Program-made: the position numbers and the translations under genes | The notes under the pieces: model-generated | The model's input: the letters and a program-made list of their open reading frames with translations, nothing else | Databases searched by the model: none | Told to the model about the DNA's origin: nothing | Assembly: GCA_965200375.1 (NCBI GenBank) | Contig: OZ241353.1 | Span: forward strand, 1,153,797 to 1,217,796 | Direction of reading: 5' to 3' | DNA length: 64,000 bases | DNA from: Candidatus Azotimanducaceae bacterium | GTDB taxonomy: Bacteria > Pseudomonadota > Gammaproteobacteria > Pseudomonadales > Azotimanducaceae | In this document: in pieces, positions 56,313 through 64,000 of the stretch | Numbering within the stretch: the stretch's first letter is position 1 | Layout of the letters: each line of letters begins with the position of its first letter

Positions 56313-57706
56313 CGCGCCCGCGGCACGTCACTTCGATTCACGGAATCCGCTACCGGCTAGGCAGCGAGCTGGGGCGAGGCGGTCAGGGCGCCGTCTTCGC
56401 AGTCGAGGGCGAGCGCTTGGCCGTCAAACTGCTCCACGGCCACTCCACGCACCTGCGGGAGCGTCTTCGCGACCAGCTGGCCATGGTGGCAAGACTGCCG
56501 CTTGAAGGACTGGCGGTAGCACGCCCACTAGATCAGCTGCGCCCACCGCATGTGGGCTACGTGATGGAGTTGTTCATCGGCATGGCACCGTTGCGTTCCT
56601 TGCTGCGACCGCCGAAGGGCGTTGACAGCGTGGCGCAGTGGTACATCGATGGCGGCGGCCTTGGTCGACGGTTGAGGTTGCTGGCGCACATTGCCCAAGC
56701 GATTTCGGCGCTGCATGGACGCGCACTGGTCTACACCGACCTGTCGCCGCACAACGTCTTCGTATCGGAGAGCACGAGCGACTGCGAGGTGCGGCTCATC
56801 GACGTCGACAATCTGCATGCGGCGACTGCGATTGGGCGAAGCGTGTACACGCCACGCTACGGGGCACCGGAAGTCGTGCGACAGGTTGGCTTGCCAAGCA
56901 CGCTGGCGGATGCGCACGCTTTCGCCGTGCTCGCCTTCGAGACGCTCGCCCTCGCGCACCCCCTGCTCGGCGACGACGTCCGAGACGGCGAACCGGCACT
57001 GGAGGAACGGGCGCTAGCCGGCGAGTTGCCATGGATCGACGCACAGGACAACGATGGCAACCGATCGAGCGACGGCATCCCGCGAGAGCTGGTGCTGTCG
57101 CCGGTTTTGCAGAACGACTTCCAGACCACTTTCGGGCGCGGTCTGTCGAATCCCGACGAGCGGCCGGGCATGGCTACTTGGGCTGAACACCTGCACAGGG
57201 CGGCGGACCGAACGATCATCTGTCCGTCTTGCGGAGGGAGCTACTTCGTCAACCGGGACGCCTGCCCTTGGTGTGACGCGGCGCGTCCCGACTGCATTGT
57301 GGCGAGGGCGACGCTTTGGGATCCTTGTCGCCGGCGCAGAACTGCAACTGGCGGTGTCGAGGCAGGCGCTGGTCTGGTCGCCAACGGCAATAGCAAGGAA
57401 CGAGTCTTGGACCAAGTCGTGATCTCGGAGCGCCGCCCGTTCAAGCTAACCGAGCGCATCACGCACGGCGCATCGGGCAACACGTCGATGCTGCGGGTCG
57501 AGTTCGCACGAGGACGCATCATCTTGGCGCGGGTCGGCGAAGTTCCCATGCGCCTCGTCTCCGAGAGCGGCAAGGGCGATCGCAACCTAGACCAGCCGGT
57601 GGATGTGCCCATTGCCAATCGCAGCGTGGACGGGCGCATCCATTTCGGGCTGAACGATCAGCTCCATCGCGTCATCCGCTTCGACTTGCACAAGGGCACC
57701 GCATGA
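56309..57706 (+). CDS. Ser/Thr protein kinase with zinc ribbon and uncharacterised C-terminal domain
   Basis: LGRGGQGAVFAV...LAVKLL (G-loop and VAIK-type Lys), YTDLSPHNVFV (HRD-like catalytic loop), LIDVDN (DFG-equivalent), YGAPEV. CPSCGG...CPWC ribbon. ATGA overlap with the PP2C stop. Confidence 0.8.
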   Translation: MTRPRHVTSIHGIRYRLGSELGRGGQGAVFAVEGERLAVKLLHGHSTHLRERLRDQLAMVARLPLEGLAVARPLDQLRPPHVGYVMELFIGMAPLRSLLRPPKGVDSVAQWYIDGGGLGRRLRLLAHIAQAISALHGRALVYTDLSPHNVFVSESTSDCEVRLIDVDNLHAATAIGRSVYTPRYGAPEVVRQVGLPSTLADAHAFAVLAFETLALAHPLLGDDVRDGEPALEERALAGELPWIDAQDNDGNRSSDGIPRELVLSPVLQNDFQTTFGRGLSNPDERPGMATWAEHLHRAADRTIICPSCGGSYFVNRDACPWCDAARPDCIVARATLWDPCRRRRTATGGVEAGAGLVANGNSKERVLDQVVISERRPFKLTERITHGASGNTSMLRVEFARGRIILARVGEVPMRLVSESGKGDRNLDQPVDVPIANRSVDGRIHFGLNDQLHRVIRFDLHKGTA

Positions 57707-60700
57707 ACGTCAGCGACGTGATCCATGGCCGCATCTCCAGCGCAGACCTGCGTCGTGCCAATGGTGAGCCGTTTCCGGCGAGCTTGCAAGCCAAGTCCGA
57801 GGTCGCTGTCGAACAATCGTCAAGTGGCGAGGCGGTGCTCATCATCGGGAGTGACCGGTGGGAAGTCGAAGGCGTTGGCAGCACCCACTCGAGCTTGTTG
57901 CGAGAGGTTGCACGGCGAGGGCTGCCGCGGCTCGCATGGCTCGCGCAAACGTCGCCGAAGCGCGGTCCGGCACAGAGCGTTCTCGTTCAGTTCCACGAGT
58001 TTTCTTTGTCCCTGAACATCCCGGAATCGATGGAGATCGGCGTCGATGACAGGACGGTGGACGACATGCGGCGGCGGCTTCGCCGCCAAATCTCCGTGCT
58101 AGACGCGGCCCGGTGGCTCGCCGAACACATGCTGCTGCCGCCCCGCAAGGAAGGCGGGCCAACCAGAGCGCTGCTGTCCGGCGCCCCCGTTGGCGAACGC
58201 ACCGCCTTTCGCCTCCACAGCAACGGTTTCGCCATCGATGTGCAACGCACCGACGACGACCGCCTCGTGATCAACCGGGTCGTCGAGTCGCGACGGCAGA
58301 TGGAAGGCAGCGACGCCCGTCCGATCTACTTGGTTGCCGCCAACATCCAGTTCCGCGACGCCAGCGCAGCAGGAGCGTTCCGCGGCGCAGCGCAGATCGA
58401 GCTCGATCAGATACTCGCTCAAGCGGACAGCTACCTTGGGTTCTGGCAGGCCTACAACAACAAGGAACGGCAGATCGTCCTGGACAAGGCGCGGCAGTTC
58501 GGTTGGACGAAATACGCGAAGCGCAGCCGCACTGAGGATGGTTCCTGGCGCTTCGACATCAGCGTGAACAAAGACCAGCTTGCAGACCTGTGGCCACGGC
58601 TGAAAGCGCTCGAGGATGAGCAAATCGAAGCGGGGGCGGAAGTGCCGCACGCAATTGAAGGTGCCGACGACACAGCCCTCGCCAGCGGCAATCGCCGTCC
58701 GTTCATCGGCGAACTGGCCCGACAAACCCAGAACCCGCCACAGATCTTCATTCGTCCCCAAGAGCGCCATGAAGACCGCGAGCCACCCAAAGAAGGCTAT
58801 CTCTTCGTCGCCCTTGGCGGCGACGAAGTGCGCGTCAAACGCCGCAAGGACGCTTGGGAGAAGGTCGTCAAGACCGAGAACCCGATGCCGCAGCTTGGCT
58901 TGCTTCTCGAAGGGCAGCCAGTGCCCGAAGCGCGGCGTCGCACGCTGCAACCAATGACCCGTGCGGTGCGCGACGTGTTCGACAGTCCCAGCGACCGACA
59001 GCGCAGTGCGCTCGACGTGGCTTTGAACACTCCGGACATCGCGCTGATTCAGGGGCCGCCCGGCACGGGCAAGACGCGCATCATCGCGGCGCTGCAGGCG
59101 CGTCTCGCCGAGCGGGACGAAGGTGTCAGCGAGAACGGCCTGGCCGGCAACACGCTGCTCACCAGCTACCAGCACGACGCGGTGGAGAACGCCGCCGCGG
59201 CAACCCGCGTGATGGGCCTGCCGGCCGTCAAGGTCGGCTATCGCGCCGGCACCGAGGAGGCCCGTGATGGCGTGGAAATCTGGGCGACCGAAGCTGCCGA
59301 AGCCGTTCGAGCCGCTCGCGCGTCCAATCCCGCCGAAGTCGGCGTCCACGCCGCGCTGGGCAAGGTTCGCGAGGTCGGCGTGGCATTCCTGCAGGCACCG
59401 GCGGAAAAAGAGACGCCAGCGGCCGTGCTCGCGCAAGTGTCAGAGCTTGCCAGCCCGTGGCTGCCGGGCAGGTTGGCGGATGAATTGATGCGCTTGCGAA
59501 CCGAAGTGTCTACCCCGCTCCGGCCCGCCTTGGGCGACGAGAACACAGCCCGTGCCATCAAAGCGGTCCGTGCTCTGCGCACGGAAGCCATCGAGTTCGA
59601 CGACGACGGCCCGCGGAACGCATTCCTGGCGTTACGGCGACTGCGCAGGCTCGAAGGATTCGCAATCGAAGAGGCCGAGGTCGAAGCGCTCGAACGCGCC
59701 GGGGAACCCGGTAGACCGCCAACCGAAGACCTGCTGATGGCATTGCGGGCTGCGAAGGACGCCCTCCTTGATCGTTTGCAGCCGCCCAAGGTCAACGCAG
59801 TCAACCCGCGGCACGCGGACGCCGATGCGATGATCGTCCGCGTCATCGACGATTTAACCGCCAGAGCGAAGGAATCCGCCCCCGGCGTCGACATCGCGGT
59901 GGACGACTGGCTTGCCACTCTGGAACAAGACCCGGACGGCACTCGCGACGCGGTTCGCCACTACTCAATGGTGCTCGCGGCAACCTGTCAACAGGCTGTG
60001 AGCCGCCCGATGGCCGCCGCCAAGCACGGCGAGGACACGGTCTTCCGCACCGTCATCGTGGACGAGGCGGCGCGTGCCAACCCGCTCGACTTGCTCATCC
60101 CCATGACGCTCGCCGAGCGACGGATCGTCCTCGTCGGCGACCACCGGCAACTGCCGCACCTGCTTGAGCCGGACATCGAACGCGAGCTGCAACAGTCCGC
60201 CGAGGATGCCGAGGACATACAGGAAGAGATGCGCTCCGCGCTGCGCCTCAGTTTGTTCGGGAAGCTGTTCACCGAGCTTCGCCAGCGCGAGAGGCGCGAC
60301 GGTGTTCAACGCACGGTCACGCTCAACCGCCAATACCGCATGCATCCGCGACTTGGGTTGTTCGTGAGCGCCCAGTTCTACGAACCGTACGGCGAAGGGT
60401 TCGAGTCTGGGCGCAGCGAGGAAGAGTTCGCGCACGAGGTCTCGATCGGCAAGGGCGGTTCGCAGGTCAGTCTTGCGGGGAAAGTGGCGGCATGGGTGGA
60501 CGTACCGGTTCGCCAAGGCGAGGAGGGTCGCGGACGGAGCGGACGGAGCAAACGGCGCGACGTGGAAGCAAGACGCATCGCCGATGAAGCGTACATGGTG
60601 ATCAATGCACACCCGGATCTCAGCGTAGGCGTCGTCACCTTCTACATGGCCCAGCGCGACGAAATACTCTCCTCGATGACTGAACAGGGACTGACGGAGC

Positions 60701-61059
60701 GCACTGCCGAAGGCGCCATCAGCGTCCGCGAAAAATGGCGGTTGACGGCCGATGGCCGCGAGCGGCTGCGCGTCGGAACCGTGGACTCGTTCCAAGGCAA
60801 GGAGTTCGACGTGGTGTTTCTCTCCTTGACCCGCTCGAACCGCGTCCAAGGCGACAACGAAGTGGCGCGGCGGCGGCGCTACGGCTTCCTGCTGCTCGAG
60901 AACCGCCTCTGCGTGGCAATGAGCCGACAGCAACGCTTGCTGGTGGTTGTAGGAGATGCAGCGATGGCTACAGGTGTCGAAGCCGAATCTGCCGTGCCGG
61001 CCTTGACCGCATTCTTGGAACTCTGCAAGGGGTCGCATGGGCATGTCCTTCGGGCCTGA
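57703..61059 (+). CDS. Superfamily 1 helicase, Upf1/DNA2-like (AAA_11/AAA_12-type) with ~440-aa unknown N-terminal region
   Basis: LIQGPPGTGKTR (motif I), VIVDEAARANP (II), VLVGDHRQLPH (III), LNRQYRMHP, TVDSFQGKEFDVVFLSL, VAMSRQQRLLVVVGD. ATGA overlap with the kinase stop. Confidence 0.85.
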   Translation: MNVSDVIHGRISSADLRRANGEPFPASLQAKSEVAVEQSSSGEAVLIIGSDRWEVEGVGSTHSSLLREVARRGLPRLAWLAQTSPKRGPAQSVLVQFHEFSLSLNIPESMEIGVDDRTVDDMRRRLRRQISVLDAARWLAEHMLLPPRKEGGPTRALLSGAPVGERTAFRLHSNGFAIDVQRTDDDRLVINRVVESRRQMEGSDARPIYLVAANIQFRDASAAGAFRGAAQIELDQILAQADSYLGFWQAYNNKERQIVLDKARQFGWTKYAKRSRTEDGSWRFDISVNKDQLADLWPRLKALEDEQIEAGAEVPHAIEGADDTALASGNRRPFIGELARQTQNPPQIFIRPQERHEDREPPKEGYLFVALGGDEVRVKRRKDAWEKVVKTENPMPQLGLLLEGQPVPEARRRTLQPMTRAVRDVFDSPSDRQRSALDVALNTPDIALIQGPPGTGKTRIIAALQARLAERDEGVSENGLAGNTLLTSYQHDAVENAAAATRVMGLPAVKVGYRAGTEEARDGVEIWATEAAEAVRAARASNPAEVGVHAALGKVREVGVAFLQAPAEKETPAAVLAQVSELASPWLPGRLADELMRLRTEVSTPLRPALGDENTARAIKAVRALRTEAIEFDDDGPRNAFLALRRLRRLEGFAIEEAEVEALERAGEPGRPPTEDLLMALRAAKDALLDRLQPPKVNAVNPRHADADAMIVRVIDDLTARAKESAPGVDIAVDDWLATLEQDPDGTRDAVRHYSMVLAATCQQAVSRPMAAAKHGEDTVFRTVIVDEAARANPLDLLIPMTLAERRIVLVGDHRQLPHLLEPDIERELQQSAEDAEDIQEEMRSALRLSLFGKLFTELRQRERRDGVQRTVTLNRQYRMHPRLGLFVSAQFYEPYGEGFESGRSEEEFAHEVSIGKGGSQVSLAGKVAAWVDVPVRQGEEGRGRSGRSKRRDVEARRIADEAYMVINAHPDLSVGVVTFYMAQRDEILSSMTEQGLTERTAEGAISVREKWRLTADGRERLRVGTVDSFQGKEFDVVFLSLTRSNRVQGDNEVARRRRYGFLLLENRLCVAMSRQQRLLVVVGDAAMATGVEAESAVPALTAFLELCKGSHGHVLRA

Positions 61060-62599
61060 AACGCCGCTGCTCCTGTACGGTCTCCGTCCCCACGCGGACC
61101 CAGGCGGACGCAACGATCGCGTGTGGCTGGGCTGGCCCGCATGGGCGTTCCGCGTCGTCGCACCGGAGTTCCGAAGCAGACGCTTGAACGCATTGCAGAA
61201 GGCAGTGCTGGGCGTCTTGCGGGCAAGCCGCCTCACCGAGGCCGCGCTCGGCAAGCGCCTGGGCATTCATCGCGAGCTGGCCGCCGTTGTGGTTGCGGAC
61301 TTGCAGGGGCAGCAGCGAGTCGACAAGGATTGGAAGGTCACGCGGGACGGCATCCGGCTCCTTGAAGCCGAGGCAGCTGAATCGGCCAAGTTGGTGCCCG
61401 CGTGGATGTTCCGCGATGCGTTGAGCGGAGACCTGTTGCCATTCGCCGCCCCCACTCTGGAACACGCCCGAACCGTACCGAACGAGGAAGGCTCTCCCGT
61501 GCTCGACCTTGGCTCGACCGGGAGCCCGTGGCAGCAGAGGCCGTGGACGCTGCGGGCACCACGAGACGCGTTTCCGGAGATGCCCGTGCCTGCCGAAATC
61601 CTCAAGGCGGCGCGGCAAAGCCAGCGATCTCACAGACTTTGGCAGCAGGTTGGCACGCACAAAGACGACGATCTCGATGAACCGAACGTCGAGACCGGTC
61701 AACTCGACCGTCTGACGAGCATCGAGGAAGAACCGCGGCCGGTCTATCTGGTGACGTTCCTCTACACCCCCAGAGGCGAAGAATCGGACGGCGATTGGCA
61801 CGTCTGCGAGTTCTTTGGGCGTGGTCATGATCCGTCGCTGCGACCGAGCGTCATCAAGGCTGCGAAGAGCGACCAGAATCTAGCCCGGCTACTGGACCGC
61901 CGACTCTTCACGTTTACGCGGCACGGCGATCTGGAAGGGTTCCAAACGGCCACCAAGGAGCGCGAACAGCGGGCACGCCGGCTGCTTGCACGCGTTCTCA
62001 CCATTGGCATCGAAAACTACAGCGCCGTCGCCACGCCACTACGGGAGACGCTCGACGCCTACTTGGAATGGCGCGACGTGGGAGACGTCGGGGCCGCTAG
62101 GCTTCGTCGCCATGTGCTGATGGAGTGTCGGCGGACGTTGGAGGCCCTGTTCACCGCCGTCGCCCGCTCCCATCCTATCGGAAGCGTAGCCGATCTGCTG
62201 TCGCACGAAGATCGGGCGCTCAACGAGACGACGCTGCGGGGCGCGGCGAAGGAACTGGGGTTGAGTTCGTTGCCCAATGCTCTTGGCCGCGTCTCCCGAG
62301 GGCAAGTCCGCGCGGTCAGCGACTACACCGATGGCTGGCGCCTGCGCCCACTGGTGGCGGCAATCCTGTTGCGGGCCCGTGGTGACGCCAAGCACCCCTT
62401 GGCGCTCGCCGCCAAAGACGCACCCAACATCCTTGAGCGTGTCGAACGGGTGGCAAAGCATGGTGGGAAAGCTGCGCACGAGGACCGCGGAGTGGATGGC
62501 GCACCTCTGGAACAGGTTGTCCAAGACACGCTAGACGTCTCGGGGCTGCTCCTTGGACTCCCCACACGAAAACTTGAGGAACTGACGACCGATGCCTAA
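61037..62599 (+). CDS. Hypothetical protein, possible N-terminal winged-helix domain
   Basis: 520-aa ORF overlapping the helicase 3' end by 23 nt. LQKAVLGVLRASRLTEAALGKRLGIHRELAAVVVADLQGQQRVDKDWKVTRDG looks like MarR/wHTH. The remainder is unassigned. Confidence 0.6.
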   Translation: MGMSFGPETPLLLYGLRPHADPGGRNDRVWLGWPAWAFRVVAPEFRSRRLNALQKAVLGVLRASRLTEAALGKRLGIHRELAAVVVADLQGQQRVDKDWKVTRDGIRLLEAEAAESAKLVPAWMFRDALSGDLLPFAAPTLEHARTVPNEEGSPVLDLGSTGSPWQQRPWTLRAPRDAFPEMPVPAEILKAARQSQRSHRLWQQVGTHKDDDLDEPNVETGQLDRLTSIEEEPRPVYLVTFLYTPRGEESDGDWHVCEFFGRGHDPSLRPSVIKAAKSDQNLARLLDRRLFTFTRHGDLEGFQTATKEREQRARRLLARVLTIGIENYSAVATPLRETLDAYLEWRDVGDVGAARLRRHVLMECRRTLEALFTAVARSHPIGSVADLLSHEDRALNETTLRGAAKELGLSSLPNALGRVSRGQVRAVSDYTDGWRLRPLVAAILLRARGDAKHPLALAAKDAPNILERVERVAKHGGKAAHEDRGVDGAPLEQVVQDTLDVSGLLLGLPTRKLEELTTDA

Positions 62600-64000
62600 G
62601 AGCCGCCAGCGTAAGAACAGAAGACAGCGCTCGCCACGTCCGCAGTCGCAGCCGATGGCACAACGTCCTGCCAAGCCAGCCCAATCTCCGACGGCAACGA
62701 AGGCGGAGGTCGAAAAGGCCCATGAAGAGGCCGTCGCCGGCGCGACGGAGTTCGAAATCGCAGCCCTCTCGATCGATCCGAGACCGCCAGAGCTGGACTT
62801 GGACGGCATGTGGAAGGTGGCGCAAGAGGCTCGCGACCTATTCCGCGCCGCGACGCGGCGGCACGAAGTGTTGTCGGAAGAGCTCCAAGCGCAACGAGAT
62901 GATTTCGGCCGGAAATCCCAAGAGCTCGACGAGCGCGCATCCAAGTTGGAGACCGACCGGAAGGACCTGGACGAACGAACCAGCCAGCTAGGCGATCGCG
63001 AGCTCCAGATCCGTGAGCGGGAAGCCGACGCCGAGCACGGCTTCGAGGACAAACGCATCGCGATGCTCGCACAGTACGACGACGTGATCGCCAAGCGACG
63101 CGAGACGTTGGACGAGCGCGAGAACGTACTCAACGAGCGAGAGAACGAACTGGAGCAGAAGGCGCGGCAAGTCGCCCGCCAAGAGCAACAGCTCCAATGG
63201 AGACAAGAGGACATCCAAGAGCAGGAACGCGATCTCGACAGTCGCGTTGAACGCCGGACTGCGGGCAAACAGGAAGAGTACCAGCACCATCTTGAGGCTG
63301 TTGAGGCCGAACGGGATCAAGCGCGAAGAGACCGAGATCAACACGCCGCCGCTTTGCGGGAACGTGAAGAAGCAGATCGCAGATTCGGGCAGCGCACGCC
63401 GGAACAAGTGCTTTCGGAACTCGACCGGCTGAATGTCGAGAACAAGGGACTGCAAGCACAGCTAGCTGCCCGCCCGAATATCGACGCCATTGAACGCCGC
63501 GCGGCTCTCGACCAAGAGCAGCAGTCGTGTCAGGCAGAACGCTTGGATCTGACGCGCCAAGTGTCCGAGTTGAAGCGTCGCCTTGCCCACGCCGACAGCG
63601 ATGCGGGCGAACGGGAAGTGCAGCGGGATCGAATCGCCGCACTGGACTCGCAACGGAAACTCCTGCACAGAGCCCACGAAGAACTGCGTGCCGAGGTGCA
63701 CGAGATCATCAGCCGCGGCGAGTCCCAATCGCGGTTCCCAGAGTGCATCGACATGGACGAAGACGACGAACTGCAACGCGCCGCACAGACCGCCAAGGGT
63801 TTCGGCAGCTTGGAAGAGTTCGCCCACGACGTCCGCCACCGGATCGCCCGAGATGGCCTCTACTACACCGAGGCGGACATCCGCAGCTTCATCGGCGGGT
63901 TGGCGATGGGCAGGCTGACTCTCCTGCAAGGCCTCAGCGGCACCGGCAAGACCAGCCTGCCGATCGCCTTCGCGAAGGCTGTGGGTACGAAAGCGTCGGT
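62592..64000 (+). CDS. Coiled-coil protein ending in a P-loop NTPase domain (McrB/AAA_5-like?), 3' end outside the window
   Basis: Not in the track because it has no stop. I translated it by hand from ATG 62592 (MPKSRQRKNRRQRSP...) and it is open to 64000. About 350 aa are E/R/Q/L-rich heptad-like sequence, then YYTEADIRSFIGGLAMGRLTLLQGLSGTGKTSLPIAFAKAVG (Walker A). Confidence 0.7.
   Translation, partial: MPKSRQRKNRRQRSPRPQSQPMAQRPAKPAQSPTATKAEVEKAHEEAVAGATEFEIAALSIDPRPPELDLDGMWKVAQEARDLFRAATRRHEVLSEELQAQRDDFGRKSQELDERASKLETDRKDLDERTSQLGDRELQIREREADAEHGFEDKRIAMLAQYDDVIAKRRETLDERENVLNERENELEQKARQVARQEQQLQWRQEDIQEQERDLDSRVERRTAGKQEEYQHHLEAVEAERDQARRDRDQHAAALREREEADRRFGQRTPEQVLSELDRLNVENKGLQAQLAARPNIDAIERRAALDQEQQSCQAERLDLTRQVSELKRRLAHADSDAGEREVQRDRIAALDSQRKLLHRAHEELRAEVHEIISRGESQSRFPECIDMDEDDELQRAAQTAKGFGSLEEFAHDVRHRIARDGLYYTEADIRSFIGGLAMGRLTLLQGLSGTGKTSLPIAFAKAVGTKAS

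Noticed and set aside
1-64000. tRNA, rRNA or tmRNA genes at island borders (after prs, near 32.3 kb, near 52.6 kb)
   Set aside because: I read the intergenic regions on both strands and found no cloverleaf-compatible sequence or conserved T-loop (GTTCRANNC with matching stems). A tRNAscan/Infernal run would settle this.

Overview
This is a high-GC (by eye; not computed) proteobacterial chromosomal window. The core genes include two ABC exporter genes, lptG and lptF, pepA-holC-valS, prs, leuA, a TonB-dependent receptor and an Nramp transporter. I found no rRNA, tRNA or CRISPR array. Three patches look accessory, meaning visibly lower GC, degraded genes or repeats. (1) 13.6-16.4 kb is a repeat-rich insert that separates lptG from lptF and leaves them convergent; it carries a G14 tract and a secreted protein of unknown function. 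(2) 23.3-32.3 kb looks like a decaying island. It holds a methyltransferase-like gene, a frameshifted SplB-like radical SAM gene, larA, a Sel1-repeat gene with a perfect 108-bp duplication, a larA fragment fused to an ISAs1 transposase remnant, an Rpn-family nuclease, a broken DNA methyltransferase and an ImmA/IrrE-domain protein. (3) 52.7 kb to the window end is the most interesting locus. An RtcR-like activator (CARF-like N-terminus plus sigma-54 AAA+ domain with a GAFTGA loop) is followed by a sequence fitting the TGGCAC-N5-TTGC sigma-54 promoter pattern. After that comes a tightly coupled same-strand operon: a DUF4258 toxin-like protein, the TerY-P triad (vWA, PP2C, Ser/Thr kinase), a 1118-aa Upf1/DNA2-like SF1 helicase, a 520-aa unknown protein with a possible wHTH, and a coiled-coil P-loop NTPase that runs off the window. 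I propose this as an inducible, sigma-54-gated defence or stress system. Many long ORFs in the supplied track are high-GC shadow frames and were rejected. All family assignments rest on motifs I read in the translations; no database search was run.
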